From a virus, in the IMG/VR virus record IMGVR_UViG_3300012078_000128, positions 1-64,000 of that record: a stretch of DNA of 64,000 nt, one strand, 5' to 3'. Every line of letters starts with the position of its first letter. Position 1 is the first letter of the stretch. The notes under the pieces are model-generated. The model was not told where the DNA came from, did no database searches, and worked only from the letters and a program-made list of their open reading frames with translations. Positions 37,808 through 46,646 of this stretch are shown piece after piece. A program made the position numbers and the translations under genes.

Positions 37808-38926
37808 ATGAAGAAAGCTCATAAAATCAGAATTTATCCGAATACAAGACAGCAAATTCAAATTCAAAAAACATTTGGATGTGTAAGATTCTACTGGAAT
37901 TTTCTATTGGATCAACGAATGACAAACTACAAAAACAAACAAGAAAACAAAAACTATCAAGAAGATAAAACGACATATGCAGCTTTAAAGAAACAAGAAA
38001 CTTATTCTTGGCTAAAAGAAGTGGAAGCTCAACCATTAAGTCAAATTACAATGGATTTGAGAAAAGCATATAAAAATACGTTCACATCTGGATTCGGATT
38101 CCCTAAGTTTAAGAGTAAAAAACACTCGAAAAAAGCATATAGAACAGCTGTGGGGATGAAGGTAAATGGTAGGTATTGTTATGTTTCAAAAGTAGGTTGG
38201 ATAAAAATGGCTGAAACATTACGCTTCAATGGTAAATTGATGAATGTAACAATCAGTCAAACGAAATCCAGAAAATATTTCGCTACTTTGTTAGTAGACA
38301 CAGAGAATTTAACAAAAGAAAAAGTTGAAAATACAATCGGATTAGATTTAGGGCTAACTCATTTCTGTATAACTTCCACAGGAGAAAAGATTGATAATAA
38401 AAAATTCTATCGTTCTCTTGAAAAACGTTTGGTAATTGAACAACGTAAACTATCTAAACGTTTAGAAGTAGCTAAAAAACATAATCGTAAGCTAGATGAT
38501 TGTAAAAACTACCAAAAACAAAGAGTTAAAGTTGCTCGTATACATGAACAGATTGCTAACCAAAGAAACAACTTTTTACACCAACTATCTTCAAAAATAA
38601 CTGACGAGAACCAAGTCATTTGTATTGAAGATTTGATTGTAAAAGAAATGGTTAAAAATTGTACACTATCGAAATCAATTTCTGATGTATCTTGGAGTGA
38701 ATTTGTTAGACAATTACAATACAAGTCAGACTGGAAAGGTCGCACCTTAATTAAGGTAGATAGATTCTTCCCTAGTTCACAAAAATGTTCTTCATGTGGC
38801 CAGATTGATGGCAAGAAAGCATTAGACATTCGTGAATGGATTTGTTCAAATTGTGGCATAGTTCATGATAGAGATATTAATGCAAGTATAAATATTAAAA
38901 CCGAAGGACTTTCGGGGATAGCTTAG
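37808..38926 (+). CDS. tnpB: TnpB (OrfB_IS605) RNA-guided RuvC nuclease
   Basis: The ATG at 37808 follows AAGGAGGTG. RuvC-I IGLDLGLTHF, RuvC-II ICIEDL, zinc finger CSSCG...CSNCG, RuvC-III DRDINASINI. Confidence 0.9.
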   Translation: MKKAHKIRIYPNTRQQIQIQKTFGCVRFYWNFLLDQRMTNYKNKQENKNYQEDKTTYAALKKQETYSWLKEVEAQPLSQITMDLRKAYKNTFTSGFGFPKFKSKKHSKKAYRTAVGMKVNGRYCYVSKVGWIKMAETLRFNGKLMNVTISQTKSRKYFATLLVDTENLTKEKVENTIGLDLGLTHFCITSTGEKIDNKKFYRSLEKRLVIEQRKLSKRLEVAKKHNRKLDDCKNYQKQRVKVARIHEQIANQRNNFLHQLSSKITDENQVICIEDLIVKEMVKNCTLSKSISDVSWSEFVRQLQYKSDWKGRTLIKVDRFFPSSQKCSSCGQIDGKKALDIREWICSNCGIVHDRDINASINIKTEGLSGIA

Positions 38927-38962
38927 TAAATTTAGTGCCGTTAGGTGCTATTACCTAAGAAC

Positions 38963-38983
38963 CCCACGACTTTAGTCGTGTGG
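38963..38983 (+). repeat. IS right-end subterminal hairpin (also the 3' end of the predicted omega-RNA scaffold)
   Basis: CCACGAC-TTTA-GTCGTG(T)GG. A related CCCAC...GTGGG hairpin sits about 20 nt inside the left end (36873-36892). Confidence 0.55.
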
Positions 38984-38991
38984 AGTGTCAG

Positions 38992-41900
38992 GAAGCTTGC
39001 TTTATTCAAAAGGAAGAAGAAATTTATGAACGCATGAATTATCTACCTAAAGAAATTATCATGGAAGCTATTGAAAACACGCTGCTTATTGGCAAGATGT
39101 GCGAAGATTACACTATTGAGCAGCCAACTATTATTCCAAAGATTGAACTTCCTGAATTCGAAATAGAACATCTATTCAAACCTGCTTACGAGAAATATGA
39201 ATACATTGAGAAAACGGCTAATAGTAAATATAAGCAAGATAGGTACGCTATGTATCTCATTGAAAAAGGTTTTCGGGACAAATTAATGAAGCCAGAATTA
39301 ACACATGAAAAATTCCATCAAATTCTTGCTCGAATTAATGTTGAATTAGGTGAGCTTTGGCAACTTAGCGAAGAGCTTAATCAACGGATGACTGACTACT
39401 ACATTTCAGTCAGGCAATTAATATCCATAATTTGGAAAGATGACTGTGGGAATAGTATCGTTCCAGCAGGTAGAGGAAGTTCTTCAGGATTTATTTTGAA
39501 TTTTTTATGGGACATAACTCAGATTAATCCTTTGGAGTATGGTGTAGAAATTCCACATTGGCGACACTTGCACCATAGTCGCCCTGATATTGGTGCATTA
39601 GATATTGACATTGATACTGAATCGAACAAAAGACAAAGAATACTTAAATCACTAAAAAGAAAGTTTGGCGAAGAAAGAATTCTACAGGTTGCTACGTTTG
39701 GCACACAAGGCTCACGTTCTGCCATCCTAACAGCTTGCAGGGGGCTTGGGTTAGATAGTGATATTGGTCTTCATCTTAGTGGCTTAATCCCATTTGAACG
39801 TGGACAAAACTGGAGCATTAAAGATTGTCTGTATGGGAATACAGAAAAAAATAGAAAGCCAGTTAAGGAATTCATAAATGAAATAGATAAATATCCTAAG
39901 CTACAGTCCATGATTGAAAAAGTTGAGGGTAAGATTGATAAACGAAGCATCCATGCAGGTGGAATTATTCTTTTCCCTGAAAACTATGTAAAGTCTAATG
40001 CTATGATGAAAGCACCGAATGGTACACCTATTACTCAATTTTCATTAGATGACTGCCAAAGTGTAGGAAATATAAAATATGATCTCTTAACAATTGAGGG
40101 AGCAGATCGAATAAGAGCTACTTTCGATTTGTTACTAAAACATGGTGAAATTGAATGGAAAGGTTCTTTGAAAGCAACTTATGATTATTACCTACATCCA
40201 GATAACATTGATATGGAAAATCCTGAGCTTTACAAAATGCTCGGTAGTGGCGAAGTAGCTTCACTTTTTCAGTTCAGCACGGAACAGGGTATCCAAGCAG
40301 CGACAAAAACAAAGCCTACTAATCTAATTGAGACAGCAGCAGCTAACAGTCTTATGCGCTTAATGTCTGATTCAGGTGGAGAACAACCAATAGACACATT
40401 CGTAAGATATAAAAATGATATTAGCTTGTGGTATGAAGAAATGAAGAGGCATGGATTAAATGAAAATGAAATTTTAGTCATGGAAGAATACTTATTACCA
40501 CTTTCAGGAATTTCCGATACACAGGAAGTTGTTATGCGACTTGCTATGGATAATCGGATAGCTGGTTTTGATATAATTGAGTCCAATAAATTGCGGAAAT
40601 TAATCGCTAAGCGAGATGAAAAACTCTTAGAAGTAATGGAAAATGAATTTTATTCTAAAGGGCTCTCTCTAGGAAATAGAAAAGAAATTCTTTCGTATGT
40701 TTGGGATGTTCAAATCAAAAGAATGCTTGGTTATGCGTTTAGTATCTGTCACACCATTTCATATTCGATAATTGCTTTACAAGAACTTACTCTTAACTAT
40801 AACTATAATCCTATCTATTGGCAGACTGCATGTTTGTCAGTTAACTCTGGTAGCCTAGAAGTTGATGAAGATACTAAATCATCCACAGGAGCTTACGGGA
40901 AGGTGGCTTCAGCTATTTCTGAAATACAGCAATCGGGAGTTACAGTTTCTTTGCCTGACATCAATAAAGCAGAGTACAGCTTCACTCCAGATGTTGAAAA
41001 CAATAAAATTATATTTGGTTTACGCGGTTTAATTGGTGTCGGAGACTCCGTTGTTGATACTATAATCCAAAACAGGCCGTACACATCATTTGAGGACTTT
41101 TATTCACGTCTATATACTACCAAACTAGTTACCAATTCACATATGGTACAGCTAATTAAAGCTGGCTGCTTTGACGAATTTGATGACCGTACGACAACTA
41201 TGCAGAAATATGTTAATCTCACATTTTCACCAAATAAGAAACTTTCTACTGCTAACCTAAAGAATTTAATCAATCTGAATCTTATTCCAAATAAATATGC
41301 CCTACATATTAGATATTATAAATTTAAAGAACATATTTATTCCCGTTCAATTGGCAAATTGAATGATCGCAAAACTAAAAACCGACTATTCCTTTTAGAT
41401 AATGTATCAACTGAATTTCTAATTGAACATTTCTCAGAGGATTCTATTGTAGATTATCGTGATGGGCAACCTATTATTCTTGAAGCATTGTTTGATAAAG
41501 AATACGACAAGAAAATGGAAGTTATTAAGGAGTGGTTAAAAGAAGATTCAACTCTACACATATATAACAATAAACTTAGAGAACAACATTGGATTGATAC
41601 AACTAAAGGTATTGATAATGTTTCTGCTTGGGAAATGTCGAGTTTATCCTATTATAATTCACCGCATGAATTAGCTAATGTAGATAAAGTTAAATATGGT
41701 ATCAAAGACTTCTACTCACTTCCTGAAAATCCTCTAGTAGTTAATGAATACGAATGGGGCAATCGTAAAATGAAGGAGTTTGATATTTGTCGCATTGCTG
41801 GAACTGTATTGGACAAGGATAAAAATAAACATACTGTTACAATATTGACTACAGATGGAGTTGTCACATGCAAATTTTATGGTAATCAATACAGTAGCTT

Positions 41901-42123
41901 GGACAGACAATTATCAGTAAAAGGCTCAGATGGGAAGAAGCAAGTAATTGAAAAAGGCTGGTTTGTACGTGGCAACCTTGTAATTCTTACAGGTTATAGA
42001 CGTGGCAATCAATTTATACCTAAACGTTACAAAAATTCCGTATATAATACTACAATTGCTTTGATTGACAACGTATTAGACAATGGAGAACTTAGCCTTA
42101 TAACTGAACGAGCAGAAATATAA
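38992..42123 (+). CDS. DNA polymerase III alpha (YorL-like), exon 2
   Basis: Polymerase-like sequence resumes at EACFIQKEEEIY and continues for more than 1000 aa (fingers/palm regions, C-terminal OB-like). The ORF-track GTG at 38980 lies inside the IS right-end hairpin. Confidence 0.8.
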   Translation, partial: EACFIQKEEEIYERMNYLPKEIIMEAIENTLLIGKMCEDYTIEQPTIIPKIELPEFEIEHLFKPAYEKYEYIEKTANSKYKQDRYAMYLIEKGFRDKLMKPELTHEKFHQILARINVELGELWQLSEELNQRMTDYYISVRQLISIIWKDDCGNSIVPAGRGSSSGFILNFLWDITQINPLEYGVEIPHWRHLHHSRPDIGALDIDIDTESNKRQRILKSLKRKFGEERILQVATFGTQGSRSAILTACRGLGLDSDIGLHLSGLIPFERGQNWSIKDCLYGNTEKNRKPVKEFINEIDKYPKLQSMIEKVEGKIDKRSIHAGGIILFPENYVKSNAMMKAPNGTPITQFSLDDCQSVGNIKYDLLTIEGADRIRATFDLLLKHGEIEWKGSLKATYDYYLHPDNIDMENPELYKMLGSGEVASLFQFSTEQGIQAATKTKPTNLIETAAANSLMRLMSDSGGEQPIDTFVRYKNDISLWYEEMKRHGLNENEILVMEEYLLPLSGISDTQEVVMRLAMDNRIAGFDIIESNKLRKLIAKRDEKLLEVMENEFYSKGLSLGNRKEILSYVWDVQIKRMLGYAFSICHTISYSIIALQELTLNYNYNPIYWQTACLSVNSGSLEVDEDTKSSTGAYGKVASAISEIQQSGVTVSLPDINKAEYSFTPDVENNKIIFGLRGLIGVGDSVVDTIIQNRPYTSFEDFYSRLYTTKLVTNSHMVQLIKAGCFDEFDDRTTTMQKYVNLTFSPNKKLSTANLKNLINLNLIPNKYALHIRYYKFKEHIYSRSIGKLNDRKTKNRLFLLDNVSTEFLIEHFSEDSIVDYRDGQPIILEALFDKEYDKKMEVIKEWLKEDSTLHIYNNKLREQHWIDTTKGIDNVSAWEMSSLSYYNSPHELANVDKVKYGIKDFYSLPENPLVVNEYEWGNRKMKEFDICRIAGTVLDKDKNKHTVTILTTDGVVTCKFYGNQYSSLDRQLSVKGSDGKKQVIEKGWFVRGNLVILTGYRRGNQFIPKRYKNSVYNTTIALIDNVLDNGELSLITERAEI

Positions 42124-42150
42124 ATTAAGTTATATATTTCTATAAATATC

Positions 42151-42179
42151 TTTACATATCCGTTGCATAAATCTAATAT
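42151..42179 (+). promoter_or_regulatory. Promoter of the TTTACA-N17-TAATAT class
   Basis: TTTACA 42151-42156, TAATAT 42174-42179. Confidence 0.45.
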
Positions 42180-42389
42180 ATAGATATAAACAAAAAGATA
42201 ATAATTAATATAATTTATGGCGAAAGGTGGTGGTTGCTTTCTTTGTCTAATCTGTCCATCCCATAGTCGTCCGTCACTGTCACAAATAAGCAGCAAGTAA
42301 TTTATTGTTGAGAAGAAGAAAGGGTTTCGTTATTTATTAAATTATCAAAGAAAATTAAAGCAATCATTTCGGCAGTTTCAGTTGTCGTT

Positions 42390-43100
42390 GTGGTACTAGG
42401 TATCATTGCAGGAGTTAATCTACATAGTCTATCACAAGAAAACGAAGAACTAAGAAAGACGAAAGCTACACTGGAGAGTGATGTAGTTAACCAAAAGAAG
42501 AAGATGAGTGAGATTGAAGATCAAGTTGTAGCATTGAATAATTCATTGGAGAAGCAACAAGCAGAAATCAAAAGAGATAAGTTAATAAAAAATGAATACA
42601 GAGAAATGGTTAAGCATCGTGACAAGAAAATTAAAGAGTTACGTAAGCTGAATAATGAGTTATACAACAAGAATCAAAAAGTGAAACAAATAGCTCGGAA
42701 GAATACGTATACGCCTAAGATTCAAACGTCAAATACAACTGTAAGTAACAATAAAAACAACGTAAGTACAAGTACTAGTGTGAGCAAATCTAACAGTGGT
42801 GGAAGTGGTCGCACTATGGTAGTGACCGCATACACGGCAGGAGTAGAAAGCACAGGTAAGAGTTTATCACATCCGAATTATGGTCTAACAGCAAGTGGCA
42901 AAAGGGTTCAAGAAGGCGTGACTTTAGCTTGTCCACGCAGTATGCCATTCGGAACTCAGATACATATTGAAGGCATTGGAACAAGAACATGTTTTGATCG
43001 CGGAGGCGCAATTGGTGAAGGACGTTTAGATGTATATATGAACAGTCTTAGTCAAGCACAATCCTTTGGACGACAAACAAAGAACGTAAAAATTTATTGA
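42390..43100 (+). CDS. 3D-domain (MltA/RlpA-like barrel) cell-wall hydrolase with coiled coil (YorM-like)
   Basis: C-terminal VVTAYTAG...GLTASGKRV...GTQIHIEGIG...DRGGAI...LDVYM is the 3D domain. The frame is open from 42312 and encodes a TM anchor (KAIISAVSVVVVVLGIIAGV), so the real start is probably upstream and non-canonical. Confidence 0.7.
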   Translation: MVLGIIAGVNLHSLSQENEELRKTKATLESDVVNQKKKMSEIEDQVVALNNSLEKQQAEIKRDKLIKNEYREMVKHRDKKIKELRKLNNELYNKNQKVKQIARKNTYTPKIQTSNTTVSNNKNNVSTSTSVSKSNSGGSGRTMVVTAYTAGVESTGKSLSHPNYGLTASGKRVQEGVTLACPRSMPFGTQIHIEGIGTRTCFDRGGAIGEGRLDVYMNSLSQAQSFGRQTKNVKIY

Positions 43101-43161
43101 GCTAAATACTTGTTGATGGACTCATTCCATCAGCAAGTATCAATTACTAAGGAGAAATTAA

Positions 43162-43698
43162 ATGAAAATTGGAATTGACTTAGATAATGTACTTAACAAC
43201 CTTACAAGGGAATGGATTAATACATATAACCTAAATGAAGGCTCTAATATAGCTCTAGAGGATGTCACAGACTATAACATGACCTCTAATGAAGGTATTA
43301 CAACTAATATTTTCAAATACTTCAATGATGAGTTAATGGAACGACTTGTACCACTTCCTGATTCAATTAAAGTTACAGAACAGCTTGGACAGGATCACGA
43401 GCTATTCATCATTACAGCAACTTATCCTGAGAATATGAAGATTAAAATGGAGTGGCTGGCAGAACATTTCCCACATATCCCTAAACGAAATATCATTGTC
43501 ACTTCTCGAAAAGAAATGATTAATATTGATGTTCTAATTGACGATGCACCAGAGAACGTCTATAACTTCAATCAATGGGATCGAGTAATTGTCTTTGATT
43601 ATGCTTGGAATAGGCAAGTAGACGAGAATACCCCACGAGTAAAAGATTGGTCAGAGGTAATGGATAAAATAAATGAGCTTGGAATATACGTACAATGA
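43162..43698 (+). CDS. 5'(3')-deoxyribonucleotidase (NT5C family, YorS-like)
   Basis: MKIGIDLDNVL (HAD DxD motif) and the overall NT5C-like layout. Confidence 0.65.
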   Translation: MKIGIDLDNVLNNLTREWINTYNLNEGSNIALEDVTDYNMTSNEGITTNIFKYFNDELMERLVPLPDSIKVTEQLGQDHELFIITATYPENMKIKMEWLAEHFPHIPKRNIIVTSRKEMINIDVLIDDAPENVYNFNQWDRVIVFDYAWNRQVDENTPRVKDWSEVMDKINELGIYVQ

Positions 43699-43841
43699 GA
43701 TTAATTAAGTATATAAAATATATAAATGAAACTATGAAGTTTAATGAGATACAACGATTCTTATATGGAGCTAAGGATATTAAACTGTTTAGAGATTGTA
43801 GCTATAAACGATTCAAAGAGTTAACAAAAGGAGATAAGTAA
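43695..43841 (+). CDS. Small hypothetical protein (48 aa), translationally coupled
   Basis: ATGA overlap with the upstream stop and TAATG overlap with the downstream start. Confidence 0.35.
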   Translation: MRLIKYIKYINETMKFNEIQRFLYGAKDIKLFRDCSYKRFKELTKGDK

Positions 43842-44344
43842 TGAAACCTAAAACAATTATGACTGTTGAGTTAGTTCTTGAAAATGCTGAATCAATTATA
43901 TTCTTGCAAGATGATATTGGTATGTTTGAAGTAAGTAAACTTGGACGTAAGATTAAACGTTTCACAATGGATAATATTCAAGATACTTATACAGCCCAAG
44001 AAGTGCACATGCAGATTCGTTCTATTGCTAATACAAAGAATTCTTATACATATGAAACCAATGAAGAAAAATTGCCATTCCAACGCATTCTAGAGTCTAA
44101 TGACATTACTCAAGTCATCCTATGGTACGAAGACAAAACGGTAGACACTTTCTATATTGAGTGGCTCAGTGGCTCAGAACACATGAATCCTAAACAAACT
44201 TCTAAAATAAATGAATCAACAGGGGATTTGTATTTATCAATCAGTGATAAAACTACTGTTTTACAATATTTTGGTGAAGCTACAAGTATGAAGGAACAAC
44301 ATCCAATCTGGAAGAAGATTTTTAGATTTGAGGATGAAGAATGA
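43841..44344 (+). CDS. Hypothetical protein
   Basis: ORF track. SD AAAGGAG. Confidence 0.6.
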   Translation: MKPKTIMTVELVLENAESIIFLQDDIGMFEVSKLGRKIKRFTMDNIQDTYTAQEVHMQIRSIANTKNSYTYETNEEKLPFQRILESNDITQVILWYEDKTVDTFYIEWLSGSEHMNPKQTSKINESTGDLYLSISDKTTVLQYFGEATSMKEQHPIWKKIFRFEDEE

Positions 44345-44811
44345 TGAGCTATACAGTAGAAGATATTAAACTAGCTACACATGTAAAGATAAGAGAAACA
44401 ACAGGTGAGTATAAGACATATCCTCTAGAACATCACGAAAATGGCACAATAAAACACACAGGGAAGACACGTGATTATTACCATGTTGATACAGACAACC
44501 TACCTGAACCCACTATATTAGCTGATATTTTCACTGGGCAGATTGAGTATATTATTCCTGAAGAAGAAGTTCCAAGTGAATTCATTATTGATAAGTTAGA
44601 AAATGGCTTTAAGAATTTATATGCAGTCAAGATTCATACGGATGAAATAGGTATGAATCTAATTCAATCCATTGCAGAAAAACTAGACAATATGCGTAAG
44701 CTACAGAGTCTAAAAGAACAAAAAAGATTATTAGAACAGCAAATTAAAGAGGTTTCGAAAGCCAATAAAGATCTTAATAGGAAGTATGAAATATATGACC
44801 AAAAAACTTAA
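44341..44811 (+). CDS. Hypothetical protein
   Basis: ORF track. ATGA-type coupling. Confidence 0.6.
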   Translation: MMSYTVEDIKLATHVKIRETTGEYKTYPLEHHENGTIKHTGKTRDYYHVDTDNLPEPTILADIFTGQIEYIIPEEEVPSEFIIDKLENGFKNLYAVKIHTDEIGMNLIQSIAEKLDNMRKLQSLKEQKRLLEQQIKEVSKANKDLNRKYEIYDQKT

Positions 44812-45202
44812 CCTATTCATTGATTTACCAGAGAAATTTGATGAAGGACACTTATTGCAACTCAAAGTTTTTGAGTATCTGGATATGCGACCAACGAAAT
44901 ACATCAAAGATTATCATATTATTTATCGTCAAGACAAGCTATCTAGCGTTCATATTGAAAAACTAATTAAGGATTGGGCATTGGACGCTAGTGGGTTTCT
45001 CCCATTGAATGATAAGAATATCAGTGTTAATAAAGCTAAATATGCCTGTATAAAGGAATTGGCAGGTGAAGCTGATGAAGCTTTAGTGTTTTTTAACTAT
45101 AAGCTTAACGATTTGGGAAGTAAGATAACAATTGATGTGTGTGATATGCAACATAGGTTGTATTACAGGGTATATAGAGTTGACTATGACAAATTTATAT
45201 GA
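44786..45202 (+). CDS. Hypothetical protein
   Basis: ORF track. Alternative ATG at 44795. Confidence 0.55.
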   Translation: MKYMTKKLNLFIDLPEKFDEGHLLQLKVFEYLDMRPTKYIKDYHIIYRQDKLSSVHIEKLIKDWALDASGFLPLNDKNISVNKAKYACIKELAGEADEALVFFNYKLNDLGSKITIDVCDMQHRLYYRVYRVDYDKFI

Positions 45203-45232
45203 ATATAGAGGGAGAGTAATAGTTGAATTATC

Positions 45233-45520
45233 ATGAAAATTTCATATACAAAACATGCCTTCGAGCGCATGAAACTAAGACAAATTAACAAGCATAATGT
45301 AGTAGATGCATTGCTAACAGGAGCATTTCACTACCAGTCACCTAATACCTATAAAGTCCACTGTGGTGCAGTAGTATTAATCGTTAATGAAAGTAAACGA
45401 GACAACTTCACTATAGTTACTGTGCTACATGGAAAGAAAACAAGTAAGGAAATACAGAAGAAAAAAAAGAAATTTGATTTTGGATATAAAAAAGCCTGTA
45501 AGTTGGCACTTAGTCTTTAA
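45233..45520 (+). CDS. DUF4258-like small protein (toxin-fold candidate)
   Basis: YTKHAFERMKLRQINKHNVVDALLTG resembles the H-A-x-x-R-M-x-x-R-x-I block of DUF4258. Confidence 0.4.
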   Translation: MKISYTKHAFERMKLRQINKHNVVDALLTGAFHYQSPNTYKVHCGAVVLIVNESKRDNFTIVTVLHGKKTSKEIQKKKKKFDFGYKKACKLALSL

Positions 45521-45549
45521 AACCCACTATTAAAAGGAGATGAGTCATA

Positions 45550-45825
45550 ATGGAAACAATTGAAGTATCCATAACAGATAAAGGAATTGTAAAAGAGAAT
45601 GTGGCTATCTATGTAATTGAGCAAGTCCATAATATATATGATGTTGAAAAAGATAGAACTGGATTGCTGAAGGATAATACAACATCATTAGAACTTTTTA
45701 ATCTACTAGGCAAATATCGTTCTATTGCTATCGAAAAAGTTGACACAATTAAAATTGTTGCTTCAGCGACACAACTAAAACATATTGATGATTTAATTCA
45801 TGACATTAAAAGTGAAAAAGTCTAA
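45550..45825 (+). CDS. Hypothetical protein
   Basis: ORF track. SD AAAGGAGATG. Confidence 0.6.
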   Translation: METIEVSITDKGIVKENVAIYVIEQVHNIYDVEKDRTGLLKDNTTSLELFNLLGKYRSIAIEKVDTIKIVASATQLKHIDDLIHDIKSEKV

Positions 45826-46109
45826 TGTTCTATGTGTGCCAAGTTTGCCATAATGCAGTAAACGAAATATATGATAGGTGGGTTTTAGCATTAAAAGACG
45901 ATAAGAAACGTTCAGAGATACGTGGTCATAAAGCATGTATAGATAGTTTTGAAAAGCAGGTACAACACATTAGAAATGAACATAAGGGTAAGCGTAATAT
46001 AACCTTAGAATCCATTTTCAAGGCATTAAATATAGATTTGAGTGATTATCCAGCATTGCCTGATATGAAACTAGATGAATGGAAAAGCCTAAAGCGAGAA
46101 TATCTTTGA
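45825..46109 (+). CDS. Hypothetical Cys/His-containing protein
   Basis: TAATG coupling. CQVCH...HKAC. Confidence 0.55.
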   Translation: MFYVCQVCHNAVNEIYDRWVLALKDDKKRSEIRGHKACIDSFEKQVQHIRNEHKGKRNITLESIFKALNIDLSDYPALPDMKLDEWKSLKREYL

Positions 46110-46134
46110 ATTGATAGAAAATAAATAATAAATG

Positions 46135-46163
46135 TTTACATTAAATGATAAATGTTCTATTAT
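46135..46163 (+). promoter_or_regulatory. Promoter of the nucleotide-metabolism operon
   Basis: TTTACA (46135-46140), 17-nt spacer, TATTAT (46158-46163). Confidence 0.5.
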
Positions 46164-46174
46164 AAATAATATAG

Positions 46175-46188
46175 CGAACATTTGTTCG
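46175..46188. promoter_or_regulatory. LexA (Cheo/SOS) box
   Basis: CGAACATTTGTTCG is a perfect match to the Bacillus consensus CGAAC-N4-GTTCG, 12 nt downstream of the -10 element. Confidence 0.6.
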
Positions 46189-46385
46189 TAATTGTGGTGT
46201 GAATATTGGATACAGTAAAATTAATTGATGATGTTTTATTTAATGCTGATGGTGCAAACAGAGATAATAGATTGCGTAGAATGCTTAGTATTTCAGATAT
46301 AGAATCCATTATTGAGGAGCAATTAATCACACATGTAAAGATAAATAATAATTAAAATATAAGTATATAGATACGAGGTGAGGAA

Positions 46386-46577
46386 TTGGAAATTGAAGAA
46401 TTTATAGAATTCAGTTCAAAAGCTAAAAAGTCTGCTGAAGAACATAACAAAAAAATTGCTTATATAGCCAACGTAGAAGAATTATATGGAAGTATGACTG
46501 AATGGTTACCTGATGACGAAGAAGATCGAAGTTACATAAACGGGGAAAACAATGGTTGGAGTGGTGACGGGCAGTAA
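46386..46577 (+). CDS. Hypothetical acidic protein
   Basis: ORF track. TTG start after GAGGTGAGGA. Confidence 0.5.
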   Translation: MEIEEFIEFSSKAKKSAEEHNKKIAYIANVEELYGSMTEWLPDDEEDRSYINGENNGWSGDGQ

Positions 46578-46646
46578 GCTTAGATGAAATTAAGGGTGTG
46601 GGTGGGCGAATGGGATGGAAGAAGAATAGGGAGAGGATATATACAG

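Larger units (their letters stand above)
36853..38991 (+). mobile_element. IStron: group I intron ribozyme fused to an IS200/IS605-family tnpA-tnpB unit
   Basis: Interrupts the polymerase ORF. A 5' structured RNA with group I signatures is followed by Y1 transposase and TnpB genes and a subterminal hairpin. Boundaries are inferred from frame continuity and from the U (5' splice site) and G (3' splice site) rules. Confidence 0.7.

Noticed and set aside
38980-38991. GTG at 38980 as an independent start of a separate C-terminal polymerase protein
   Set aside because: It lies inside the IS right-end hairpin with no SD. A Pol III alpha lacking its PHP domain as a separate gene is less parsimonious than splicing.
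42027-42296. 89-aa minus-strand ORF across the polymerase stop and the following promoter
   Set aside because: It overlaps the polymerase 3' end and a plus-strand promoter, and has no SD or motif.
46584-46646. Upstream extension of nrdE (MKLRVWVGEWDGRRIGRGYIQ)
   Set aside because: The extension itself contains the SD (GGGAGAGGA) that serves the ATG at 46647. NrdE-like sequence starts only after that ATG.
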